Shown: positions 29,221-36,712, numbered from the stretch's first letter. The stretch is 40,000 nt of DNA from an uncultured Synergistaceae bacterium (GCA_964545875.1 CAZJHH010000008.1:74840-114839), one strand, 5' to 3'. Numbers and translations: made by a program. The notes: generated by a model from the sequence alone, not told the origin.

Positions 29221-29252
29221 AAAAAAAGCCCCGGAGGGAAAACCTCCGGGGC
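29221..29252 (-). terminator. Rho-independent terminator downstream of the tRNA-like sequence (minus strand)
   Basis: GCCCCGGAGG-GAAAA-CCTCCGGGGC forms a 10-bp perfect stem. On the minus strand it is followed by TTTTTTT, the complement of the A7 at 29221-29227. Confidence 0.8.
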
Positions 29253-29264
29253 CAGTGTTTGTAG

Positions 29265-29341
29265 TGGTGGGCGACACAGGGCTCGAACCTGTGACCTCTT
29301 CCGTGTGAAGGCCGTCAACCCGTATATTTCCACCTGGCTAC
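29265..29341 (-). tRNA. tRNA-Val(CAC)-like sequence with an intact 3' half and a degenerate 5' half; probable att-site remnant
   Basis: The minus strand reads ...TTCACAC-GGAAG-AGGTC-ACAGG-TTCGAGC-CCTGT-GTCGCCC-A-CCA. This gives an anticodon loop with U33 and CAC, a variable loop, a perfect T-arm, the acceptor 3' strand and CCA. The required 5' acceptor GGGCGAC is absent (GGGATGT is found instead). The 5' anticodon stem pairs at only 3 of 5 positions, and the 5' part is about 6 nt too long. Confidence 0.5.
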
Positions 29342-29482
29342 ATCCCAAGCTATACAATAAAAATGCTGTTTTTGCAACGCTTTTCGAGGTTTTTATTTTT
29401 CTTTGATTTGTATTGAATCGTATCGTGTTATACTTTTGCCTGACTCCAAATTGACTCCAAAAACTTTTTGGGAGGCGGCAAA

Positions 29483-30715
29483 GTGCAGATCAAACTTACG
29501 CAAACGCTGGTGCGGCAAACCGTAGCCGAGCCGGGAAAACGAGTGGAGCTGTGGGACACGGTTATACCCGGGCTGCATGTACGAGTGGGGAACCGCACCA
29601 AAAACTATTACCTGCGGTACTCAACCCCAAACGGCCCTCGCCGCAATGCGAAAATAGGTTCTGCGGAAGGGCTTACCCTTGCCCAGGTACGAGACATCGC
29701 TCGGAGTATTATCGGCGATGTGGCCAAGGGGGAAGATCCTGCGGCAAAGGCCCCGACAAAGGACATGCTATTACACAGATACCTCGAAGAGTATTATATC
29801 CCCTGGGTGGTAAAAAACAAAAAAGCCGGGCAGAATACGGCTATCATACTGCGTAATTTTATCGAGTTTTTCGAGCGCAACAAAATGATTTCCGATCTTT
29901 GCCGGCAGGATATAGAAGCGTGGCGGGAGGAAATGCGGACCCGTGGAAATAAGGCCGCCAGTATAAACCGCAAGTATGGCGCTCTGAGGGCGGCTCTTAA
30001 TTGGGGGGTGGAGATGGAGATCCTCCCCTATAACCCTCTGGTAAGCATGCGAGGAATAAAAACTCTGAAAGAAACGGACTCGGAAGAAAAAATCCGCTAC
30101 TTATCGGAAGAGGAAGAAGAGCGTCTTTACAGAGCCCTGAAAGAGCGGGACCTGGAAATTCGTCGGAAAAGACGGAAGCATAACGAATGGTGTTTTTCTC
30201 GGGGGAAAGATCCATGGCCAAACCTGGAGAATGGGGCTTATGCCGACAGCCTGGAACCCATGATTACTGTAAGTCTGAAAACCGGAGTCCGTCGTGGCAC
30301 ACTCTTTCATTTGGAATGGAAAGATGTGGATTTTGGTCATCAGGTGCTTACCGTGAGAGCTGAAATCTGTAAAACCGGAAAATCCCGAAAAATCCCGTTA
30401 AGCCCTACAGCCCTCAAAACTTTGGAAAAGTGGAAAGAGCAGCAAGGCGGAAAAGGGCTTGTTTTCCCCTCACCGAAAACGGGAGGCGTGATGGATAACT
30501 GCAATTCCGCCTGGACAGCCTTGCTAAGGGCTGCGGATATAGAGGGGTTCCGGTGGCACGACCTCAGGCATACTTTTGCAAGTAGGCTGGTGATAAACGG
30601 TGCAGATTTAAATGTGGTCAGGGAATTGCTTGGGCATAGCGACCTCAAAATGACATTGCGCTATGCCCATCTGGCTCCCAATATGAAAAGCAGGACGATA
30701 GAGTTGTTGGGGTAG
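29483..30715 (+). CDS. int: Tyrosine recombinase / phage integrase (P4-like, N-terminal arm-binding DUF4102-type domain)
   Basis: GTG at 29483 lies 7 nt after GGAGG. The N-terminal GKRVELWDTVIPGLHVRVGNRTKNYYLRY is arm-type. The C-terminal catalytic motifs are WHDLRHTFAS and LGHSDLKMTLRYAH (R-H-R-Y). Confidence 0.9.
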   Translation: MQIKLTQTLVRQTVAEPGKRVELWDTVIPGLHVRVGNRTKNYYLRYSTPNGPRRNAKIGSAEGLTLAQVRDIARSIIGDVAKGEDPAAKAPTKDMLLHRYLEEYYIPWVVKNKKAGQNTAIILRNFIEFFERNKMISDLCRQDIEAWREEMRTRGNKAASINRKYGALRAALNWGVEMEILPYNPLVSMRGIKTLKETDSEEKIRYLSEEEEERLYRALKERDLEIRRKRRKHNEWCFSRGKDPWPNLENGAYADSLEPMITVSLKTGVRRGTLFHLEWKDVDFGHQVLTVRAEICKTGKSRKIPLSPTALKTLEKWKEQQGGKGLVFPSPKTGGVMDNCNSAWTALLRAADIEGFRWHDLRHTFASRLVINGADLNVVRELLGHSDLKMTLRYAHLAPNMKSRTIELLG

Positions 30716-30886
30716 TAGGGGGATGGTTTAGAAAAAAAGATATCTCTAGACAATTAGTAAGACATATATGCTTGCACCAATATATTTTTCATCTCTCTTT
30801 TTTAGAGTCCATATGGGGTTTACCGGAAAAGGAGCTTCCACATCGGCAGGCAAGGCATTCAAGGTTATCATAAAACAACAATAGCC

Positions 30887-30931
30887 AAAGAGGGTCTTTT
30901 TCCTGCGCTAGAAAGCCCCTCTTTTTGTTTT
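30887..30931 (+). terminator. Long imperfect hairpin with T-tract downstream of int
   Basis: AAAGAGGG...CCCTCTTT forms the outer stem and CTTT/AAAG an inner stem, followed by TTTGTTTTT. Confidence 0.45.
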
Positions 30932-31167
30932 TCCCTCGATATGAGTAAATTTGATGTCTCTGAGGGCAAAATCAAGGACTATGGAATCCTTTAGTTTTTT
31001 ATAACTCACATTATGCTACGCCAAATTGCGTGAGCTTGGGGACTTTTCAAACACGCTCTTAGTTTTACTGCAGAGTATTTATTTGGCTTAAATCCTTTGG
31101 CCTTCGGCGAAATGGGGAGGATAACATAGATTTTCGCACATATTCAGGAGCGTTGAATATGGAAATC

Positions 31168-31635
31168 CTAATTTTCTTCGCCGCCTTTCCTTACAGACAA
31201 ATTAAATAATATGAAAAAGTCTATCAAAATTAAGGCAAGGCTATTCATGACAAGGGCAAGTAAGATTTTAAGAATAAGGCAGGAAAATGCGGAATTAGAT
31301 AATAGCAAGATAGAAAGAATAAAGGAGAGGGCTAAATAAATGGCGGTAAGGATTAACATGAATTTGTATAAAGAAAGATAGCCAAGCTTTTCGTATCGTT
31401 TCCTGTTGTAATTGGGAGATAGAGAAAATAGTATGGACGCTATGGTAAGCAAAAAACCTAAAAATGTGGAAGAATAGCTTGAAATTATATGCGCAATGCT
31501 TTCTTTAGCGCTGAAAAGGCTGAAAGCGTATTTGGTATTTGCAAAAATTATTTGATAAACACCCCAAAAAAAGAGGCCAGGAAGTAAAGAAAGTACAAAA
31601 ATTATTTTTTTCGATAAACATTTGTTATTTTCCAT
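31168..31635 (-). CDS. RexB-like small four-helix membrane protein (hypothetical)
   Basis: 155 aa with four hydrophobic segments (about aa 11-32, 47-72, 86-112, 116-146). The start overlaps the upstream gene by 11 nt, and a GAAGG SD is present. Size and topology resemble lambda RexB (144 aa, 4 TM). No sequence motif was recognised. Confidence 0.55.
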   Translation of the reverse strand: MENNKCLSKKIIFVLSLLPGLFFWGVYQIIFANTKYAFSLFSAKESIAHIISSYSSTFLGFLLTIASILFSLSPNYNRKRYEKLGYLSLYKFMLILTAIYLALSFILSILLLSNSAFSCLILKILLALVMNSLALILIDFFILFNLSVRKGGEEN

Positions 31636-32575
31636 TGCGCTTAACCTTCAATTTTTTTTGGAACATTTTATTGAACTGTGTTGGGGGAGTTTTTTCGAAT
31701 GCATCTGTTTCAAACTCACTTAGCTTTTTCTCTAAGATTTTGTTTTTATAAAGTCTTTCGGTGATAACTTTATCTACTGCTGGGATGCTGAGTGTTGGTA
31801 TATTCTTCAGTTTGTCTGACACTTTCCCTTGACCAATTACATAAAGATCTGAAAGGATTGGCTGAAGTTCTTGTTTTGCTTGAGCTACAAATTTTACTGT
31901 TTCAGTGTCAATGTGTGTAGCCACATTTGTCACTGTTTTTTTTATGGATTTATTTCGTAAGGGTTTTATTGTCACTTCAATAGAACTTATATTGTCATCG
32001 GTTGCATTCCCTCCTATAAATTCCATGAGAGCCTTACCAAGGGAACCTCTTGAAGAGGCTTCCATTGTTGTTTTTCCAATGAAATCCATAGAAAGAAGTT
32101 CGTTTTTTCCCACACGGTTTATAAGGGGAGTTAGTATTAATTTGTATTTTCTTGAAGAAGAGAATTTTTTTTCAAAATATTGATTGATTAGATCTCCAAG
32201 TAGGGTAATTCTTGGTGATAACATCCTATTTACAAAAGCGATGCAATGAGGTTTTCCAGTATAGAAAAAAGAGGCGAATCCAAGTTCTTCGTTTTCGCTT
32301 AGTTTTGTAGTGATATCTTGTACTGTGACTGTAGATGCATCAATGGCTTTGATTATTTCATTGTTTTTTGTGACAACTAGTAAAAAAGTGTTTTTTTGAC
32401 GAGGGAAATCATCGCTGAAAATGTAGATATGCTCTCCGTTAATCATAAATTTTCTTCGAAACTCTTTTTTTTCCGATAAAAAACAATCTATGATTTTGTT
32501 TATATTAATTAAATATCGATTTTCGCCATCAGGTGTTTCTTCAGAAAGAGAATACGCAGTATAGCATACTCGCAA
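31625..32575 (-). CDS. RexA-like protein (hypothetical phage-exclusion sensor)
   Basis: 316 aa, soluble. A TTG start lies 7 nt after GGGAGGG. The blocks EELGFASFFY, MDFIGKTT and EVTIKPLRNKSIKK resemble lambda RexA blocks ESLGFPSFLF, HFIGRTT and IVIKPKFKRDIKK. The lambda sequence is recalled from memory and not verified. The gene is on the same strand as the CI-like repressor and downstream of it. Confidence 0.6.
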   Translation of the reverse strand: MRVCYTAYSLSEETPDGENRYLININKIIDCFLSEKKEFRRKFMINGEHIYIFSDDFPRQKNTFLLVVTKNNEIIKAIDASTVTVQDITTKLSENEELGFASFFYTGKPHCIAFVNRMLSPRITLLGDLINQYFEKKFSSSRKYKLILTPLINRVGKNELLSMDFIGKTTMEASSRGSLGKALMEFIGGNATDDNISSIEVTIKPLRNKSIKKTVTNVATHIDTETVKFVAQAKQELQPILSDLYVIGQGKVSDKLKNIPTLSIPAVDKVITERLYKNKILEKKLSEFETDAFEKTPPTQFNKMFQKKLKVKRNGK

Positions 32576-32798
32576 AATTGATCCCTCCCGACGATTTTGT
32601 GTAAAAGGATTAGGTTATTCTTTTTTACAGCATGGGATTGTCATCCTATTCTTTCGTTGTTTTTTCCTACGTGCAATGCTTTGCCAATCAATGGTATTTT
32701 TAGCTTTGATGTTTTTCCTATGACCACCTCCAAAATATAAAATCTTGCATTTCACTCAGTAATGAATACAATGCTTTTCCCTGGTTTTTCCCCTCTCT

Positions 32799-33518
32799 CT
32801 ATTTTGATGTACTAATTATTTCTAAGCTCCCATCCCTACTAATCAATATTTCCTTTCCCGATTCTTTCAGATCTGGGCTGATTTGCAATACCAGAGATGT
32901 AATTTTTTGCCCTAACCGTGTCTTTTCCTGCTCAAGTTCGCCGATGGTCTTGAGATACTCTTGATTGGTGGTATGGCGAGCGATGGTGGTGCAGAAGAAT
33001 GTCGCTACGAGCATGCCGAGAACGAAAGCGATAAGAGGGGAGCGTAATTTTTTCATGAAAGTCAACTTTTTGCGCCAAGAGTTTTCCGCTATATGTACAT
33101 GGGGCTCTAAAGGAAGATTTTTAAGAATTTTTCCCCACTGTTCTTGTAGGAATTTTTTTGTGCATTCTCCTTGGTACCAAGTTGCTAAAATTTCTCCCTG
33201 AACTTTTTGAAAAAATCTTATTCTCTTGAGCTCGGGGTCTATTGCTTTTCTAGCGAGAAATGCAATAAAAAAAATCATAAAACCGGATACTATTACTCCA
33301 GCCCAGGTATTGTAAATACTAAAAGTGGATTGGGATGTATTGAGTACAAACAATATAGTTGGGAAACATCCTGCCATTATTATCGAAAGGCCAGTCCATT
33401 TTATGCTATTGGTGCTTTCGTATTTTTGCTCTATTTTTTGATTTATAAATAACAATATTTTTTGAACTTCTTCTTCGGTAGAAAGAAGAGGTGGTTTGCT
33501 TTTGTCTGATTGGATCAT
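32799..33518 (-). CDS. Hypothetical 3-TM membrane protein with C-terminal coiled coil
   Basis: 239 aa with hydrophobic segments at about aa 41-60, 72-89 and 161-180. The heptad-like segment EYLKTIGELEQEKTRLGQKITSL is present. The gene is AT-rich. A TATAAT on the minus strand at 33553-33558 suggests its own promoter. No family was recognised. Confidence 0.65.
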   Translation of the reverse strand: MIQSDKSKPPLLSTEEEVQKILLFINQKIEQKYESTNSIKWTGLSIIMAGCFPTILFVLNTSQSTFSIYNTWAGVIVSGFMIFFIAFLARKAIDPELKRIRFFQKVQGEILATWYQGECTKKFLQEQWGKILKNLPLEPHVHIAENSWRKKLTFMKKLRSPLIAFVLGMLVATFFCTTIARHTTNQEYLKTIGELEQEKTRLGQKITSLVLQISPDLKESGKEILISRDGSLEIISTSK

Positions 33519-33722
33519 TTGTAGTTACGCCTTCCCATTATTTTTCTTTCGCATTATATCTCTTGCCATGTTTTTTAAATTTAAAAATGAGCTTTTTTTA
33601 TCTTCTACGGCTTTTAAAATATTTCACCAATCGGCTGTAGTCCAGGTTTCAACGCTTTTCCCATAACTATCCCGTTTCAACCCACACTCTCATGAAAGAA
33701 CCACGTCTGTTCCTGCTGCCTC

Positions 33723-34451
33723 TTACCACAAGCGTCCTGCTGGTTTCGGCTTCGGGACGATATACAAAACTAACCCCACGATATAGAAGTCGTCTCCTTC
33801 CCTCACCTCCCTTGCCATATAACCCTCGTTTACCGGGCGTAACATCAAGTCTCCGTTCCGCCTATCGATGGCACGCACGAAAAGGCGGTCGTCATGTAAT
33901 ACCACCGCAAACTGCCCATCGGAAACATCGACTCCATGGACGAATAACACGTGATCTCCATCGTTGATTCTGGGAGACATGCTGTCTCCTTCAACCTGGA
34001 TGATCTTGAAGTCTCGCGATTGCCAGGAATAGCCGTCCAGGTCTTTTTTTGCGATCGGCATGGGGATCGTGCTATCCACCTCCCATTCGATACTGTCAGG
34101 ATACATGTTCCCGTTTCCGCAACAAGCCTTTGCCCCGGAGACCACCGGGACAAGCATCATTTTTTTATCCACGTCCACGCCGATTTTCGAGAGATCGGGG
34201 TGGGCTTTTTCATTTTTGAAGGGTGCCGGGTCGTCGGTTTCGCCTGTTAAAAAATCCAGGGGGACTCCCAGAAGCTCTTCTATTTGCTTGGCTGTTCCAT
34301 ACGAAACGCCGGCCTTGCCATTTAAGACATTAGACACATGTTTTTGCGTGATTCCAATAGCTTCAGCAATGTCTTTATTTTTGATGTCTTTTTGTCGCAT
34401 TATATTTCTTGCTCTGTCTTTCTTGAAAACAAGCTTTTTCTCATCTTCCAT
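33723..34451 (-). CDS. CI/LexA-like phage repressor (XRE-type HTH plus S24 peptidase-like domain)
   Basis: The N-terminal HTH is IKNKDIAEAIGITQKHVSNVLNGK. The C-terminal part is an S24 fold (VEGDSMSPRINDGDHVLF...LRPVN). Confidence 0.85.
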   Translation of the reverse strand: MEDEKKLVFKKDRARNIMRQKDIKNKDIAEAIGITQKHVSNVLNGKAGVSYGTAKQIEELLGVPLDFLTGETDDPAPFKNEKAHPDLSKIGVDVDKKMMLVPVVSGAKACCGNGNMYPDSIEWEVDSTIPMPIAKKDLDGYSWQSRDFKIIQVEGDSMSPRINDGDHVLFVHGVDVSDGQFAVVLHDDRLFVRAIDRRNGDLMLRPVNEGYMAREVREGDDFYIVGLVLYIVPKPKPAGRLW

Positions 34452-34477
34452 TTGTCCACCCCTCCCTTCTTTTTCTC

Positions 34478-34600
34478 CATAACCTACAAGGTAAAGCCGT
34501 GTTTCCGCAAAGTCAATCCACAGGGAGTTCTCAAAAATAACCTAAAAGGTTTATTTTGAGTCTTTAGGCCCATTGCGTATAATTACCTATCGGGTTATAT
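34478..34600. promoter_or_regulatory. Divergent switch region with three operator-like sites and a rightward promoter
   Basis: The sites are ATAACCTacaAGGTAAA (core 34482-34492), ATAACCTaaaAGGTTTA (34540-34550) and ATTACCTatcGGGTTAT (34585-34595). A TTGAGT-16 nt-TATAAT promoter (-10 at 34578-34583) lies between sites 2 and 3. Confidence 0.45.
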
Positions 34601-34626
34601 TTTTGATGCGGAAAGGAGGTGGCACA

Positions 34627-34863
34627 GTGAAACTGATTGATTTAGATGAAAAAATGAGGGGCTTTGAGGTGAAAAACATTGATATTGCTAAGGATTTAAG
34701 CGTTACAGAAAAAGCAGTATCTCAATGGAGGCGAGGGCGGGTATTCCCCTCTGACAACGCAATAAGTTACCTGTTAGGTAAATTTGGCGCTTTAAAAGTT
34801 GAGACGGATTCCGGGGAAATTTTTGTTATGAGCGAAAACCCTACCACCCCCGCCCCGGAGTAG
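34627..34863 (+). CDS. Cro-like small HTH protein
   Basis: GTG at 34627 lies 7 nt after GGAGG, giving 78 aa. IDIAKDLSVTEKAVSQWRRG is an HTH-like segment. The gene is divergent from the repressor. Confidence 0.6.
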   Translation: MKLIDLDEKMRGFEVKNIDIAKDLSVTEKAVSQWRRGRVFPSDNAISYLLGKFGALKVETDSGEIFVMSENPTTPAPE

Positions 34864-35123
34864 CGGCATTACCCCAGGGCGGGGAGGAGCAAAGCATCCT
34901 GGGGGCTGTCAACACGGTATCCCGATTTGTTGCAAGCCTCCAAGCCTTGGCCGCCACGTGCGACGAAGCAGGCGAAATAGCGGCAATCACCATGGATGTG
35001 GCGGCGGACGGAAAGCTCAGCGGAGAAGGCACGGTTACGCTCCGGTCAAGGTACAACGAAGCACGCGCGGCGTTTCTGGATCTTGGGGAATTGATTGGAA
35101 CGTAGGGAAGGGGATGTAAAAAA

Positions 35124-35285
35124 ATGCACGATAAAAAGGCCCCCATGAGGGAGCAAAAAGTAGGTGTTCCGCTCGTGGAGGAACCGTATTCCTTCCTCTC
35201 CGAATGCAGACGACGGGTTCTTGCTGTAAACATGGCCACCAGGAAAGACGGTACTTTTGAGTTTTCCTTGAAGCCTAAGGCATGA
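35124..35285 (+). CDS. Hypothetical small protein (53 aa)
   Basis: An ATG follows a GGAAGGGG SD. It is below the ORF-track length cutoff. Its 3' end overlaps the convergent gene by 11 nt. No homology was recognised. Confidence 0.25.
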   Translation: MHDKKAPMREQKVGVPLVEEPYSFLSECRRRVLAVNMATRKDGTFEFSLKPKA

Positions 35286-35520
35286 ATTTCCCCAAAAGAA
35301 GTGGAACCAGGGTTTCCTTGATGGCGGGATGTAGCAGGGTAAGCGCAGTAATAACTGCGAAGAGGGCAAATATGCTGAGGTTGGCGCGAGTGAGTTTCTC
35401 CCGAAGTTCTTTTATTTCTGATTGCAACAGCTGGATATTTTCTTTGTGAGACTCGCTCTCTGCTCCTAGCCTCCCAATAAGAAGAGAAGCTTCATCTAGG
35501 GAAATCAGTTCTTTTGACAT
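35275..35520 (-). CDS. Hypothetical coiled-coil protein with C-terminal TM anchor
   Basis: 81 aa. The coiled-coil segment is ENIQLLQSEIKELREKLTRA, followed by the hydrophobic LSIFALFAVITALTLL. The start is 2 nt after the upstream gene stop, suggesting translational coupling. Confidence 0.5.
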   Translation of the reverse strand: MSKELISLDEASLLIGRLGAESESHKENIQLLQSEIKELREKLTRANLSIFALFAVITALTLLHPAIKETLVPLLLGKFMP

Positions 35521-35522
35521 GG

Positions 35523-35861
35523 TCAGTTAACCTCATCAAGACTTTTCACTTTTGCGGAGAGATTCTTGAGAAGAATATCTGATTGACGAAGCTGCTCTTT
35601 TATCTCGTCTTCAGCATCCTTGTCTACTACGGGCTCTTCGAATGCTTGTCTGGTCAGGCCTCTTTTTTGAGCGGCATCGACCTCCATAAAGGAAATCATT
35701 CCACATTCGGGACACGAAATCATAGCAATAGGCTTAAAGGCGGACCCCCATCGCATCATTGCTACATGTTTACCGTCATCTTCTGAAGGAATTATATAGG
35801 TGCCGGCAAGGGTATAGTGCTTGATTTCTTCGTGTGAACAATACGGACAAACGTAAGCCAT
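35523..35861 (-). CDS. Hypothetical zinc-ribbon protein
   Basis: 112 aa. CPYC (aa 5-8) and CPEC (aa 50-53) form a 4-Cys ribbon. The C-terminus is acidic and coiled. A GGAGG SD is present. Confidence 0.6.
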   Translation of the reverse strand: MAYVCPYCSHEEIKHYTLAGTYIIPSEDDGKHVAMMRWGSAFKPIAMISCPECGMISFMEVDAAQKRGLTRQAFEEPVVDKDAEDEIKEQLRQSDILLKNLSAKVKSLDEVN

Positions 35862-36012
35862 AGCAAATAACCTCCAATATTAGTTTATGAATATTTTAGC
35901 ACACAGTTGTTTTTACGGACCTGCGGGGAAAATATTTGGAGGCCTGGGAAGCTCTTCTCGGGATTGGAGATTTAATTAAAAAATAGAGTTCTTTAGGGTT
36001 CCGAAGTCTAAA

Positions 36013-36681
36013 TCAGATAGCACACGCTTCTAAAAAAGCTAATCCTAAGGGAGTTAAGCGGAAAGACTCAGATTCTTCTACGTCTAAACTAATCATGTCC
36101 ATGACTAATGGCTCTGTTTTATTGATGCCTTTAATGATTCTCAGCCTTTTTAAGTTTTCCAGACTAATGATTAAAGATTCTTCGTTTATTTCTGAATTTT
36201 CTGGGGCCATTAAAAAATCGGAGTGTTCGAATTCACGTTTGTTGTTTTGAGAGCAATATTGAAGAAGCCGAGCTTCCAAAGGTTCTAAGGATTTGATTAT
36301 GTCGATAAAAGCCATACGAATTTTGGATTCTTCAAAGTTGGGGTCCAGTGCATTGGCAAGGAGTTTAGCCCAAAGTTTTTGAAGATCGGGGTCTGTTTCC
36401 AGAGAAGCGGGAGGAATAAACACATAGCCCATTTTGGCACTCATCTCTCGGCAGAGGTTGGGGTCATGAATCCCTCTTTTTTGAAGCACTTCGCTTGTTG
36501 CTTTACAAATATCAATAAGAGAATGAGTTTTTTCAACGGCTTCTTCAACAGGACCTTTTGAGAAAAATTTTTTAATTGAAGAAGAGCATTTTTCTAGAAC
36601 TCCTTGTGTTAGGAGTGTGACTGGAACAGCGGTTACGGCTGCAGTGGCGGAGCTGACTATTACGGGAAGTATTTCAGACAT
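36013..36681 (-). CDS. Abi-alpha / DUF4393-like protein (putative abortive-infection family)
   Basis: 222 aa. IPPASLETDPDLQKLWAKLLANALDP followed by FIDIIKSLEPLEARLLQY matches my recollection of the Abi_alpha/DUF4393 core (PP...L..lfanLLa.a.d...hp.F..il.qLsp.EA.lL). Not verified by search. Confidence 0.55.
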   Translation of the reverse strand: MSEILPVIVSSATAAVTAVPVTLLTQGVLEKCSSSIKKFFSKGPVEEAVEKTHSLIDICKATSEVLQKRGIHDPNLCREMSAKMGYVFIPPASLETDPDLQKLWAKLLANALDPNFEESKIRMAFIDIIKSLEPLEARLLQYCSQNNKREFEHSDFLMAPENSEINEESLIISLENLKRLRIIKGINKTEPLVMDMISLDVEESESFRLTPLGLAFLEACAI

Positions 36682-36712
36682 AAAATCAAATCCTTTCTTT
36701 GGGGGTTTTTAG

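Noticed and set aside
29265-29341. Calling this a complete, functional tRNA gene.
   Set aside because: I could not build a cloverleaf. No 5' acceptor strand complementary to GTCGCCC is present, the anticodon stem pairs at only 3 of 5 positions, and the 5' portion is about 6 nt too long. Only the 3' half is convincing.
29092-29406. 104-aa plus-strand ORF.
   Set aside because: It runs through a perfect terminator hairpin and the tRNA-like sequence, so it is almost certainly spurious.
30716-31167. 450-nt gap after int, examined for small genes or ncRNA.
   Set aside because: Only ORFs of 23 codons or fewer without an SD were found. Apart from one terminator-like hairpin (30887-30931) I saw no structure I could support.
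34841-35369. Minus-strand ORFs of 132 aa and 107 aa between the cro-like gene and the coiled-coil/TM gene.
   Set aside because: Their translations are Ser/Arg/Pro-rich with no SD. The plus-strand frames in the same region look more protein-like.
35865-35880. A fourth operator half-site (AAATAACCT) upstream of the zinc-ribbon gene.
   Set aside because: It is simply the reverse complement of that gene's SD region (GGAGGTTATTTGCT-ATG) and lacks the paired AGGT half-site.
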